From Myxococcota bacterium (GTDB lineage Bacteria; Myxococcota_A; UBA796; CAJQPC01): a DNA stretch of 64,000 bases. Shown in pieces: positions 17,292 through 26,630 of this stretch; positions within the stretch are counted from its first letter, which is position 1; every line of letters begins with the position of its first letter. The notes below the pieces were generated by a model, which was not told where the DNA came from, searched no databases, and was given only the letters and a program-made list of their open reading frames with translations. Position numbers and translations under genes: made by a program. The stretch covers positions 2,377-66,376 of the forward strand of contig JAZAMN010000018.1 of the NCBI GenBank assembly GCA_036229005.1. The letters run 5' to 3'.

Positions 17292-20200
17292 ATGACGAGC
17301 CTCGGTGCATTCACCCTGGACGCCCCCCTGGCCCAGGGCGGGATGTCGACGATCTGGCGGGCCAGCCACAGCGCCAGCGGGGCGGCGGTGGCGGTGAAGG
17401 TGATGAGCCCGGAGATGAAGGAGGTGGAGCGGCGGGCGCTGCGCCGGGAGATCCGGGCGGCGGCGGCGCTGGACCACCCCCACATCCTGCGGGTGCTGGA
17501 CGCGGGCGAGGTGCCGGAGGGGACGCCGCTGCCGGCGGGCTCGCCCTACCTGGTGATGGCGCTGGCGGAGCACGGGGCGCTCAAGCAGCGGCTGGGTCGG
17601 ATGCCCTGGGGGATGCTGCAGCGCATGCTCCGGCAGCTCCTGGGGGCGCTCGCGCACGCCCACGCGCGGGGGGTGGTGCATCGGGATCTGAAGCCGGGCA
17701 ACGTGCTGCTGGACGGGGACTTCGGGGTGCTGCTGGCGGACTTCGGGCTGGCGCACGCGGCGGGCGCGGCGCGGGGCGAGGGCGTGGTGATGGGCACGCC
17801 GACCTACATGGCGCCGGAGCAGCTCACGGGGACCTGGCGGGAGTTCGGGCCCTGGACGGACCTGTACGCGCTGGGGGTGATGACCTGGGAGTTGTTGAGC
17901 ACGAAGCCGCCTTTTCAGGGGGACACCCTGGTGCTCAAGCAGGCGCACCTGAACCGGGACCCGCCGGACTTCCGGGCGATCGTGAACGTGCCGCCGGACC
18001 TGGAGTCCTGGCTGCGGCGCCTGCTGGAGAAGAGCCCGGGGGAGCGCTATCGCTGCGCGGCCGACGCCCTGGCGGCCCTGGAGTCCCTGCGCGCGCCGGA
18101 GCAGCCGCGGCTGATGGGCTCGGGGGCCTCCCACACCTGGGCGGAGGGCTTCGGCGCGGGCGGCTTTGTGCGCTCGGCGCCCCCCTACCCTGCGCCCTTT
18201 CCGGCGGCCCAGACGCCCCCGACGCGGCCGCTGCACACCCCGCTGGAGGGGGTGGGCCTGGGGCTGTTCACCCAGCGGCGGGTACCCCTGGTAGGGCGGC
18301 GCGCGGAGAAGCAGGTGCTCTGGGACGGGCTGCGGCGGGTGCACCTGGACAAGCGCCTGCACGGGGTGGTCCTGCGGGGCCCGGCGGGGGTGGGCAAGAG
18401 CCACCTGGCGGCCTGGCTGTACGAGGAGGCGCAAGAGACCGGCGCAGCGGTGACCCTCAAGGCGACCCACAGCCCGCTGGGGGCCAGCGACGAGGGGGTG
18501 CCGGGCGCGCTGCAGAGACACTTTGACGCGGTGGGGATGGACGACCCCGAGCCCCAGGTGCTGCGGCGGCTGGCGGCGGCGGGGGGCGCGCACCTGGCGC
18601 CGAACCTGGCGCGGTGGATGGCGGGGAGCCCGGACGCAGAGCGCACGCTGCGGGTGCGGGCGGGGCTGCTGGCGGCGTGGGTGCGGCTGCAGGACCGGCC
18701 GGTGCTACTGCTGCTGGACGACGCGCAGTGGAGCACGGAGGCGCTGCCCCTGGCGCAGACGCTGGTGGAGCACCACGCGGAGCTGCCGCTGATGGTGGTG
18801 GTGACGGTGCGGGAGGAGGCGCTGGATCCGGGCCCTCGGCAGCGCTTGGCCCAACTCTCGGAGGGCCGGCTCTGGCGCGAGATGGCGCTGGATCGCCTCG
18901 CAGACGAGGACACCGGTGCGCTGCTCCAGAGCCTGCTGCGGCTGGAGGGCCCCGCGGCGGAGGCGCTGCAGGCGCGGGCGGCAGGCAACCCGCTGATGGC
19001 GGTGCAGCTCCTGGGGCAGCTCGTGGAGCGGGGCGCCCTGCACCCGGGAGAGGCCGGGTTTGCGTTGCGGGAAGCCATTCCTCGCCTGCCCGACACGTTG
19101 AGTGGGGTGTGGCGAGCGCGGCTCCCCCAGCTCAGGACGGTGGACCAAGAAGCCCTGGAGCGGGCCGCAGCCCTCGGGACCCAGGTCAACGACGCGGAGT
19201 GGGCCCGGGTGGCCGATCGGCGGGCGGATCTGGCGGCGATCCGGGACGCGCTCTTTGCGCGCAGGCTGGCGGAGGCGAGGCCGGGGGGCTGGAGCTTCGT
19301 GCACGGGCTGCTGCAGGAGGCGCTGCTGGACCGAGCGCGGCGGGCGGGGCGGCTGCAGGGGCACCATCAGGCGTGCGCGGCGATCCTGGAAGGGCCGGAC
19401 AACGCGCTGCGGCGGGGCAAGCACCTGCTGGAGGCGGGGGAGCTGGAGCGGGGGCTGCGCGAGCTGGAGCAGGCGGCGCACGTGGCCCGCGTGGGGGCGA
19501 ACCCGGCGCGGGTGGAGGACATCGTGCGGCGCATGGAGCAGACGCTGGAGGCGCTGGGCGACCCGCCGGAGCTGGCCTCGGTGAAGGGGAACATCTGGCT
19601 GCTGCGCGGGAGCCTGCAGTGGGCGTACGGGCGCTTCGAGGAGGCGTTCGCCCTGGACAACCTGGCGCTGGAGCTGGCCCGGGACACGGGGGACACGCTG
19701 ATGGCGGGCCGGGCGCTGTGTCGCAAGGGCGAGAGCAGCCGGCAGCAGGGCAAGCAGGACGCGGCGCGCCGGCAGTTCGAGCAGGCGCTCAAGCTGGCGG
19801 CGGCGGGCGACCACCCGGCGGTGGAGCTGGACGCGCGGGCTGGGCTGGCGGCGGTGGCGCGGCAGCAGCGGGACTACCCGCGGGCCAAAGCGGAGCTGGA
19901 GCGGGCGGCGGCGATCTGGCGGCAAGCGGGGGCGCGCACCTTTGGGGCGGTGAGCGAGCAGGCGGCCATCCTGCGGTCGCTGGCGGCGATCCACAAGGCG
20001 CAGGGGGACCTCCCGCGGGCGCAGCGGGCGCTGGACCTGGCGCTGGAGGCCAGCCGCGACGGCCGGAGCTCGATCATGCTGGCCAACGTGCTCAATGACC
20101 TGGGGGACCTGGCGCGGATCCACGGCCGGATGGGGGACGCGCGGCGGCTCTACCAGGAGGCGGTGGACCTGTGGGAGGCGCTGGGCAGCTACGGCGGGGT

Positions 20201-20594
20201 CTACCCCAAGCTGAACCTGGGCCTGCTGGGGGTGGCGATGGAGGACATCGCGCTGACGCTCCAGGCCTGCGAGGGCGCGCTGGACGACTGCGCGCTGTAC
20301 CGGCTGCACCACCTGGAGGCGGGGATCCAGGTGTGCCTGGCGTGGGCGGCGGCGGCGCAGGGGGACTGGGCGCGGATGCAGCAGGAGCTGGACCTGGCCG
20401 AGGCGGGCTTCGCGCAGTTCGAGGACCTGGACCCGGACAACGCGTGGCCGGCGGAGAAGGCGGGCGCGGTGGCAGCCGAGGCCGGGCAGCGGGACCTGGC
20501 GTGGCAGGCCTGGGCGCTCGCGGAGCAGCAGTACCTCGGCTTGGACGACAGCGTCGGGGTTGCGCGGTGCCAAGCGGCTCTGGAGGTGCTGTGA
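17292..20594 (+). CDS. Ser/Thr protein kinase fused to AAA/STAND-type ATPase and TPR repeats
   Basis: ATG 17292 inside ORF 15294..20594. Kinase motifs VAVKVM, HRDLKPGNVLL, DFGLA, TPTYMAPE. P-loop GPAGVGKSHLAAWL and Walker-B-like LLLLDDAQW. TPR-like helical repeats to the C-terminus. Confidence 0.9.
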   Translation: MTSLGAFTLDAPLAQGGMSTIWRASHSASGAAVAVKVMSPEMKEVERRALRREIRAAAALDHPHILRVLDAGEVPEGTPLPAGSPYLVMALAEHGALKQRLGRMPWGMLQRMLRQLLGALAHAHARGVVHRDLKPGNVLLDGDFGVLLADFGLAHAAGAARGEGVVMGTPTYMAPEQLTGTWREFGPWTDLYALGVMTWELLSTKPPFQGDTLVLKQAHLNRDPPDFRAIVNVPPDLESWLRRLLEKSPGERYRCAADALAALESLRAPEQPRLMGSGASHTWAEGFGAGGFVRSAPPYPAPFPAAQTPPTRPLHTPLEGVGLGLFTQRRVPLVGRRAEKQVLWDGLRRVHLDKRLHGVVLRGPAGVGKSHLAAWLYEEAQETGAAVTLKATHSPLGASDEGVPGALQRHFDAVGMDDPEPQVLRRLAAAGGAHLAPNLARWMAGSPDAERTLRVRAGLLAAWVRLQDRPVLLLLDDAQWSTEALPLAQTLVEHHAELPLMVVVTVREEALDPGPRQRLAQLSEGRLWREMALDRLADEDTGALLQSLLRLEGPAAEALQARAAGNPLMAVQLLGQLVERGALHPGEAGFALREAIPRLPDTLSGVWRARLPQLRTVDQEALERAAALGTQVNDAEWARVADRRADLAAIRDALFARRLAEARPGGWSFVHGLLQEALLDRARRAGRLQGHHQACAAILEGPDNALRRGKHLLEAGELERGLRELEQAAHVARVGANPARVEDIVRRMEQTLEALGDPPELASVKGNIWLLRGSLQWAYGRFEEAFALDNLALELARDTGDTLMAGRALCRKGESSRQQGKQDAARRQFEQALKLAAAGDHPAVELDARAGLAAVARQQRDYPRAKAELERAAAIWRQAGARTFGAVSEQAAILRSLAAIHKAQGDLPRAQRALDLALEASRDGRSSIMLANVLNDLGDLARIHGRMGDARRLYQEAVDLWEALGSYGGVYPKLNLGLLGVAMEDIALTLQACEGALDDCALYRLHHLEAGIQVCLAWAAAAQGDWARMQQELDLAEAGFAQFEDLDPDNAWPAEKAGAVAAEAGQRDLAWQAWALAEQQYLGLDDSVGVARCQAALEVL

Positions 20595-22309
20595 GGCCTG
20601 TCCTGCGCCAGCTCGCCCCTCACCTCCTGATCGCGGCGCTGCTCTCGGTGCTGCTGACCTGGCCGGCGGTGGTGGATCTGCGCGGCGCGATGCCGGGCCA
20701 CCCGGGCAACGACACCTGGAACCACGCCTGGGGATTCTGGTGGGTGGGGCAGGAGCTCTCCCAGGGCCAGCTTCCCCTGCACACGGACCTGATCGGGCAC
20801 CCGGACGGGGGCTCGCTGTACTTCATCGACAGCTTCAACGCGCTGTGGACGCTGCCGGTGCAGTGGCTGCTGGGGGTGCCGGCGGCGCTGAACGTGGCGG
20901 TGCTGGTGGCCTTCTTCACCAACGCCATCGGGGGCTGGCTGCTGGGGCGCCACGTGCTGCGCGATGACTGGGCGGCCTGGGTCCCGGCGGTGGCCTTCAC
21001 GGCGTCCGCGCACCTGCTGGGGCAGGCCTACAACGGCATCACGGAGACGCTGAACGCGGGCTTCATCCCCATCTATCTGTGGACGCTCCTGCGCATGCTG
21101 GACCGGCCGAGCTGGCAGCGGGCGGTGTTGATGGGCGCGGCGCTGGCGCTGTGCTCGATCGCGAACTTCTACTACGGGCTCTTTGGGGTGGTGCTGTCCG
21201 TGGTGGTGGTCCTGCACCGGCTGATCACCGCGCACCTGCGGACCTCGTGGCTGCCCTTCGCGGGGGCGCTGGTGGGCTCGGTGGCGCTCTACGCGATGCT
21301 GGTGCTGCCGGTGCTGGGCGTGCTCTCGGGCTCCATGTCGGCCGACGACGCCCTGGTCGACCGCGACCCCGAGTTCGTGTGGGCCAGCCTGGTCAACCAC
21401 AACATCACCGACCTGGTCTCCATGTTCCGGCCGGGCAAGCACTACAGCCCCGATCTCTTGGCCATCTACGGCGAGCACCTGCTCATCGTCACCTACCTGG
21501 GCTGGGTCACCATCGGCCTGGCCACGCTCGGCCTGCTGCTCAACCGCCCGCGCCGCGAGAACGGCCTGTGGCTGACCCTGGCGGTCGTGTTCCTGGTGTT
21601 CGCGCTGGGCCCCTACCTGCACATCGGCGGCGAGTACGTGGAGCTCGACAACCGCCGCATCCCCCTCCCCTTCCTGGCCTTCTTCAAGGCCTTCCCGCTC
21701 TTCTCGCGCATCTCCCACCCCTTCCGCTTCGTCGTCCCCGCGACCCTCGCTCTGGGGATGCTGGGGGGATGGGGGATCCGGGCATTGCAGCGCCGCTGGG
21801 CTCACCTCCCGGGCTGGCTCCTCCCCGCGCTGGCCTGCACTCTGGTCACCGCCGAGGTCACCCTGGGCTCGCCCGCGGTCTGGCCCCTGCCGCGCTGCTC
21901 GGCGGAGATCCCGAGCGTGTACGCGGAGCTTGACGGCGGGGCGGTCCTGGACCTGCCCATCACGGTGCCCAACCTGGAGCGGGCGGTCTACACCTGGTAC
22001 CAGACCGAGCACGGGCAGCCGGTGCCCTACGGGCTCAATGATCCGGTGCCCACGAGCCTGGCGACCAACCCCCTGACGGCCACCCTGGTCGCCATGGAGT
22101 CGGGGTACATCATCAGCCTGCCGCCCATGCTCCCCGAGCTGGAGCTGGTGGCCGGCGCCGAGCGCCTGAAGGCCGAGGGGTACACGCACATCGTGGTGCA
22201 CGAAGACCTCTACATCGGGCCCAAGCTGGAGATGGTGAGCGCGGTGCTGGAGGGGCTGTTCGGGGAGCCCGTGCGCCGGGATGGGGTGGCGGTGTACGAG
22301 GTGGGGTGA
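20591..22309 (+). CDS. polytopic membrane protein, GT-C/ArnT-like (putative glycosyltransferase)
   Basis: GTG 20591 overlaps the kinase stop (GTGA). VRPVLRQLAPHLLIAALLSVLLTWPAVV...; more than 10 predicted TM helices and a C-terminal soluble domain. Paralogous to 22760..24805. Confidence 0.7.
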   Translation: MRPVLRQLAPHLLIAALLSVLLTWPAVVDLRGAMPGHPGNDTWNHAWGFWWVGQELSQGQLPLHTDLIGHPDGGSLYFIDSFNALWTLPVQWLLGVPAALNVAVLVAFFTNAIGGWLLGRHVLRDDWAAWVPAVAFTASAHLLGQAYNGITETLNAGFIPIYLWTLLRMLDRPSWQRAVLMGAALALCSIANFYYGLFGVVLSVVVVLHRLITAHLRTSWLPFAGALVGSVALYAMLVLPVLGVLSGSMSADDALVDRDPEFVWASLVNHNITDLVSMFRPGKHYSPDLLAIYGEHLLIVTYLGWVTIGLATLGLLLNRPRRENGLWLTLAVVFLVFALGPYLHIGGEYVELDNRRIPLPFLAFFKAFPLFSRISHPFRFVVPATLALGMLGGWGIRALQRRWAHLPGWLLPALACTLVTAEVTLGSPAVWPLPRCSAEIPSVYAELDGGAVLDLPITVPNLERAVYTWYQTEHGQPVPYGLNDPVPTSLATNPLTATLVAMESGYIISLPPMLPELELVAGAERLKAEGYTHIVVHEDLYIGPKLEMVSAVLEGLFGEPVRRDGVAVYEVG

Positions 22310-22322
22310 GGCGCGTCCACCA

Positions 22323-22580
22323 GAGGCTACGCCTTGCGAATGAGCGCACCCCCCAGGCTACGGCCCCCGAATGAGCGGTCTGCTGAGGCTACGGGGACTC
22401 AGTGAGCGAAAAGGCCACCGAATCCGGCCTCTCAGGCCGCTCGCGGACCCAAATCCGGCGATTTCGGGCCTCCAGGGCGCAAATCGGTGGGCGAATCGCT
22501 CACCCGTGGGGCGTAGCCTCCAGCGAGCGCTCACTCAGAGCCCGTGGCCACCCATAGGCGCTCACCCAAGCCCCGTAGCC
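22323..22580. repeat. inverted array of about 24-nt units with about 31-nt periodicity (3 direct + 3 inverted)
   Basis: Units RGGCTACG-N8-(A/G)TGAGCG at 22323-22346, 22355-22377 and 22385-22408. Reverse-complement copies at 22497-22520, 22528-22551 and 22559-22580. The centre carries AAATC(C)GG motifs. Confidence 0.8.
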
Positions 22581-22759
22581 CCCTCTTCACCCGCCAACCC
22601 GGCCCCCCGCCTTGACCCAGGGGCTCCCCCCGCGCTTGGATCTCCCCCAACCGCGGAGCCCCCATCCCCTTCCTCAAGCGCTGGCTTCCTGTCGCCGGCG
22701 AGGTCCTGCTGGCCACGCTGCTCTATCTGGCGGCGGCCTCCGCGCTGACCTGGCCAGCC

Positions 22760-24805
22760 GTGCTGCACATGGACGAGGTGATCATCGGCGGCGGCGAACT
22801 GGGCGGCTGGCTGTGGCGCTACGGATGGCACTTCACCGAGGTCGACGCCCTGCGCCAGGACACCACCCTGGGGGTGGGCGAGAAGGCGCTGACCTTCCTG
22901 TCGCTGGGGCGCTACCCCGAGACGGGCAACATCCTGGACGTGCTGCTGATCAGCTACCCGCTGTCCAAGGTGGCCGCGCTCCCCGCGCACTACAACCTCA
23001 AGGTCTTCATCCTGCTGCTGGGCAACGGGCTGATGGGCTACGCGCTGGGGCGCTCGCTGACCTGGTCGCGGTCCGCCGCGCTGGTGGGCGGCCTGCTGGC
23101 CATCCTGAACCCCCTGACGCTCCAGGACCTGACGGGCTCGGGCCTGCGCCAGGTGCTGCTGTGGTGGGTGCTGCTGTTCCCCATCGCCTTGGACCGGGCC
23201 GAGCGCACGACAAAGCCCGGCGCGGGCCTGCTCGCGGGCGTGGTCCTGGGTCTCTGCGGCGCCTGGTACTGGTTCTACGGCCTGTTCGCGGGGATGGCCT
23301 TTGGCGTCTACCTGCTGGACCTGCTCTGGCGTCACCGGGGGCGCATGGTCCAGCTCCGGCGGCACCTGCCCTGGCTGGGCGCCCTGCTGGCCGGCGCGAT
23401 CCTGGTGGGCGGCGTGTTCTTCCTGCCCTATGCGCTGGGCGAGGGCGGCGGGGAGAGCGGCGGGGCCCAGAAGCTCCCGGAGCTGAGCTTCTTCCTCAAG
23501 TTCCCGAGCTACGACACCATCGCAGACGTGCCCCTGCGGCCGGCCACCTACGAAGAGAACGTGCTCTCTTCGCTGAACCGGACCATCAGCTCGTCGTGGT
23601 CCATCGATCACCTCGTCAACCCCACCCATCCCCGCGGTTGGCCGCTGGTCCTGTTCTTTGGCGGTGTGCTGCCCGCGTTGGTCCTCAAGCCCGGCCTCTT
23701 CCCCCGCTCCCGCTACTGGGTGGCCGTGTTCCTGGTGTTCTTCGTGGGCACCCTGGGCCCCTTCCTCAAGGTCGGCGGCGACACGGACCAGACGCAGGTC
23801 CTGGTGCTGGGCGGGGACTGGGTGGTGCGCCTGCCCTGGACCGGCATGTTCCGCTGGGTGCCCGGCATGTCGCGCATGTTCGCGCCCTACCGGATGGCCT
23901 CGCTGGCGGTGGTGGCGGCGGTCGCGCTGGTGAGCATGGGGCTCTCGCGCATCAACAACCGCCTGCTGCGCCTGGGGGTCGCCGGACTGGCCATCTCCCT
24001 GAGCTTCGCGCAGCTCCTCTACCGCTGGGAGATCGGGCCGGTGGAGAGCGGGGCCATCGCGCCGACCATGTGGCGGGCGCCGATCAAGGTCTCCAAGCTC
24101 TTTGTCCCGGAGTGGTACCAGGCCCTGCCAGCGGCCGAGCAGGAGGGCATCATCGAGATGCCCCTGGAGCAGCAGCAGGACCTGCTCTACTACTACCAGC
24201 TCAACCACGGGCGGAAGGTCTACGACTCCTGGGCGACCATGCCCGCGGTGCCCCCGCAGTTCAGGAGCGAGGGCGGCGGACAGGCCGGCGACTGGATGCG
24301 CTACACCGCCCGGCGCGACGTGGAGGGGCAGATCGCCAGTGACCTGATGGACCTCTCGCGCAAGCCCGAGGTGTTCGACGCGCGCGCCCTGGACCTGGCC
24401 GAGCTGCAGAAGCTGGCTGTGGTGGGCAACTACCGGCACCTGGTGGTGCACGAGCGCGGCTACTACCTGGTGGACCCCTACTCCGGCGCCCTGAACTTCC
24501 GGGAGACCGTGCAGGAGCTGGAGGACCTGCTGGGCCAGGACGCCCAGGAGATGGTGGAGATCCAGTGGATGGACTACCCCGGCAACCGCTACACCGTGCC
24601 CGACGGGCCGGTCTACGTGCCCTGGTCCAGCCAGGAGGTCAGCCTCTCGGACAAGCAGATGCCCAACCGCTACTTCATGGCGGTGTTCGACCTGGGGCCG
24701 CTGGTGGATAGCTGGGAGGGGCCGCCGCCGGAGACGCTCATTCAGGACAAGGGCCCCGGCGCGGGCGGTCCTGTGCACCGGGAGATGCCCCCGGGCGCAC
24801 CCTGA
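22760..24805 (+). CDS. polytopic membrane protein, paralog of 20591..22309 (GT-C-like)
   Basis: ORF 22760..24805 (GTG). Multi-TM N-terminal half and soluble C-terminal domain. The homologous N-terminal TM segment (LLATLLYLAAASALTWPAV) lies in-frame upstream of the first canonical start, so the true start is uncertain. Confidence 0.7.
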   Translation: MLHMDEVIIGGGELGGWLWRYGWHFTEVDALRQDTTLGVGEKALTFLSLGRYPETGNILDVLLISYPLSKVAALPAHYNLKVFILLLGNGLMGYALGRSLTWSRSAALVGGLLAILNPLTLQDLTGSGLRQVLLWWVLLFPIALDRAERTTKPGAGLLAGVVLGLCGAWYWFYGLFAGMAFGVYLLDLLWRHRGRMVQLRRHLPWLGALLAGAILVGGVFFLPYALGEGGGESGGAQKLPELSFFLKFPSYDTIADVPLRPATYEENVLSSLNRTISSSWSIDHLVNPTHPRGWPLVLFFGGVLPALVLKPGLFPRSRYWVAVFLVFFVGTLGPFLKVGGDTDQTQVLVLGGDWVVRLPWTGMFRWVPGMSRMFAPYRMASLAVVAAVALVSMGLSRINNRLLRLGVAGLAISLSFAQLLYRWEIGPVESGAIAPTMWRAPIKVSKLFVPEWYQALPAAEQEGIIEMPLEQQQDLLYYYQLNHGRKVYDSWATMPAVPPQFRSEGGGQAGDWMRYTARRDVEGQIASDLMDLSRKPEVFDARALDLAELQKLAVVGNYRHLVVHERGYYLVDPYSGALNFRETVQELEDLLGQDAQEMVEIQWMDYPGNRYTVPDGPVYVPWSSQEVSLSDKQMPNRYFMAVFDLGPLVDSWEGPPPETLIQDKGPGAGGPVHREMPPGAP

Positions 24806-24832
24806 GTCCCCGAGCCACCTCCCCAACTTGAC

Positions 24833-25219
24833 TTGCCCCCCTGCACGGGAAAGGATCAAGTCTCGGAGGATGCCCCCTTGCTCGCGCTGCTCCTTGGCTC
24901 CAGCCTCTTTGGCTGCATCGCCATCAAGCCCACCGTCACGCTGGTGAAGACCAACCAGGCGGTCAAAGAAGCCGAGGCCGCCGGCGCGGCCGATGCGGCC
25001 CCCTACGAGTACACCATGGCCACGCAGTACCAGCGCAAGGCCCGGGAGGAGTGGGGCGGCTCCGAGTTCGAGGAGTGCGAGGCCCTGGCCGGCACCGCCT
25101 ACAAGTACGCCCTCCAGGCCGAGGAGATCGCCCGCTACGGCGCGGTGGACGTGGACGTCCAGAAGATGGACATGATGGAGGAGCTGGAGAGCGACCTGGA
25201 AGGGGTGGAGGACCAATGA
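24833..25219 (+). CDS. DUF4398-like lipoprotein
   Basis: LLALLLGSSLFGC lipobox, then a helical domain (YEYTMATQYQRKAREEW...) typical of DUF4398 proteins that precede OmpA-family genes. Start is TTG 24833 or the in-frame TTG just before LALLLGSSLFGC. Its stop overlaps the next gene's ATG (ATGA). Confidence 0.65.
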   Translation: MPPCTGKDQVSEDAPLLALLLGSSLFGCIAIKPTVTLVKTNQAVKEAEAAGAADAAPYEYTMATQYQRKAREEWGGSEFEECEALAGTAYKYALQAEEIARYGAVDVDVQKMDMMEELESDLEGVEDQ

Positions 25220-26586
25220 GCATCCTCTTGGCCCTGGCCGCCTGCGTGAACGTGGACGTGCTCCAGAAGGACTTCCGGGAGACCGAGCAGGTCATCCAGG
25301 CCGCCACCAACCTCAACGCGCGCGAGTGCACCCCCGTCGAGATGGCCACCGCCGAGGCCAACCTCGCCTTCACCCAGGTGGAGTTCCAGGAGGGCGACAC
25401 CCGCCGCGCCCGCGAGCACCTGGACATCGCGATGGCCAACGGCAAGATCGCCCTGGACACCGCCCCGAGCTGCATCCCCGTGGACTCGGACGGCGACGGC
25501 ATCCTGGACACCCAGGACCTCTGCGTCGACGAGCCCGAGGACTTCGACGGCCGGGAAGACCACGACGGCTGCCCCGACATCACCGGCGACTCCGACGGCG
25601 ACGGCCTGGACGACGACACCGACCAGTGCCCCGCGGAGGCCGAGGACAAGGACGGCTTCCAGGACAGCGACGGCTGCCCCGATCCCGACAACGATCAGGA
25701 CGGCGTGCTCGACGCCTCCGACCAGTGCGCCTCCCAGCCGGAGGACCTGGACGGCTTCGAGGACCAGGACGGCTGCCCCGACCGCGACAACGACCAGGAC
25801 GGCGTGCCCGACACCGCCGACGCCTGCCCGAACACCGCCGGCCCCGAGAACGGCTGCCCCATCGCGGACAAGGACGGCGACGGCTTCGTCGACACCATGG
25901 ACGCCTGCCCCACCGAGCCCGGCGTGGCCCCTGACGGCTGCCCCCTGGCCGACTTCGACAAGGACGGGCTCCCCGACGAGCAGGACCAGTGCCCCGGCGC
26001 CGCCGGACCGCGCCCCACCGGCTGCCCCGACGCCGACATGGACGGCGTGTTCGACCCGCAGGACCAGTGCCCCACCACCCCCGGCCTCAAGCCCCACGGC
26101 TGCCCGGACACCGACGGGGACGGCATCGTGGACCAGGTCGACAAGTGCCCGGCCCAGCCCGAGAACTTCAACCAGTACCTGGACACCGACGGCTGCCCCG
26201 ACGCCCCCCCGCAGAAGGTCAAGATCACCGGCCGCCAGATCGTGATCGAGGAGAAGATCCAGTTCGAGACCGGCAAGGCCATCATCCGGCCGGCCTCCTA
26301 CGAGATCCTGGACTCCGTCGTGCAGGTCATGCAGGACTACCCCCAGATCACCGTGCGCATCGAGGGCCACACCGACTCCGACGGCTCCGAGGCCGCCAAC
26401 CAGCGCCTCTCCAAGGACCGCGCGGACGCCGTGTTCGAGTACATGGTCGCCCACGGCATCGAGGCCTCCCGGCTCCACACCGAAGGCTACGGCGAGACCC
26501 GCCCCATCGACACCAACCGCACCCCGGACGGCAAGGCCAACAACCGGCGCGTGGAGTTCCACATCGAGTCCGGGCTGGACGACTGA
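25216..26586 (+). CDS. OmpA-family protein with thrombospondin type-3 (Asp-rich Ca-binding) repeats
   Basis: ATG 25216 inside ORF 25051..26586. Many D.D.DG..D..D.CP repeats. C-terminal OmpA_C motif IEGHTDSDGSEAANQRLSKDRADAV...NRRVEF. Confidence 0.9.
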   Translation: MSILLALAACVNVDVLQKDFRETEQVIQAATNLNARECTPVEMATAEANLAFTQVEFQEGDTRRAREHLDIAMANGKIALDTAPSCIPVDSDGDGILDTQDLCVDEPEDFDGREDHDGCPDITGDSDGDGLDDDTDQCPAEAEDKDGFQDSDGCPDPDNDQDGVLDASDQCASQPEDLDGFEDQDGCPDRDNDQDGVPDTADACPNTAGPENGCPIADKDGDGFVDTMDACPTEPGVAPDGCPLADFDKDGLPDEQDQCPGAAGPRPTGCPDADMDGVFDPQDQCPTTPGLKPHGCPDTDGDGIVDQVDKCPAQPENFNQYLDTDGCPDAPPQKVKITGRQIVIEEKIQFETGKAIIRPASYEILDSVVQVMQDYPQITVRIEGHTDSDGSEAANQRLSKDRADAVFEYMVAHGIEASRLHTEGYGETRPIDTNRTPDGKANNRRVEFHIESGLDD

Positions 26587-26630
26587 GCCGCCACCCCCGG
26601 AAGCCCCGCCCCCTGGACGAGAAGACCTGC

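Noticed and set aside
22323-22580. CRISPR array interpretation of the periodic repeats (also 60498-60705)
   Set aside because: Units are contiguous at about a 31-nt period with no unique spacers. They occur in both orientations, and no cas genes are present in the window.
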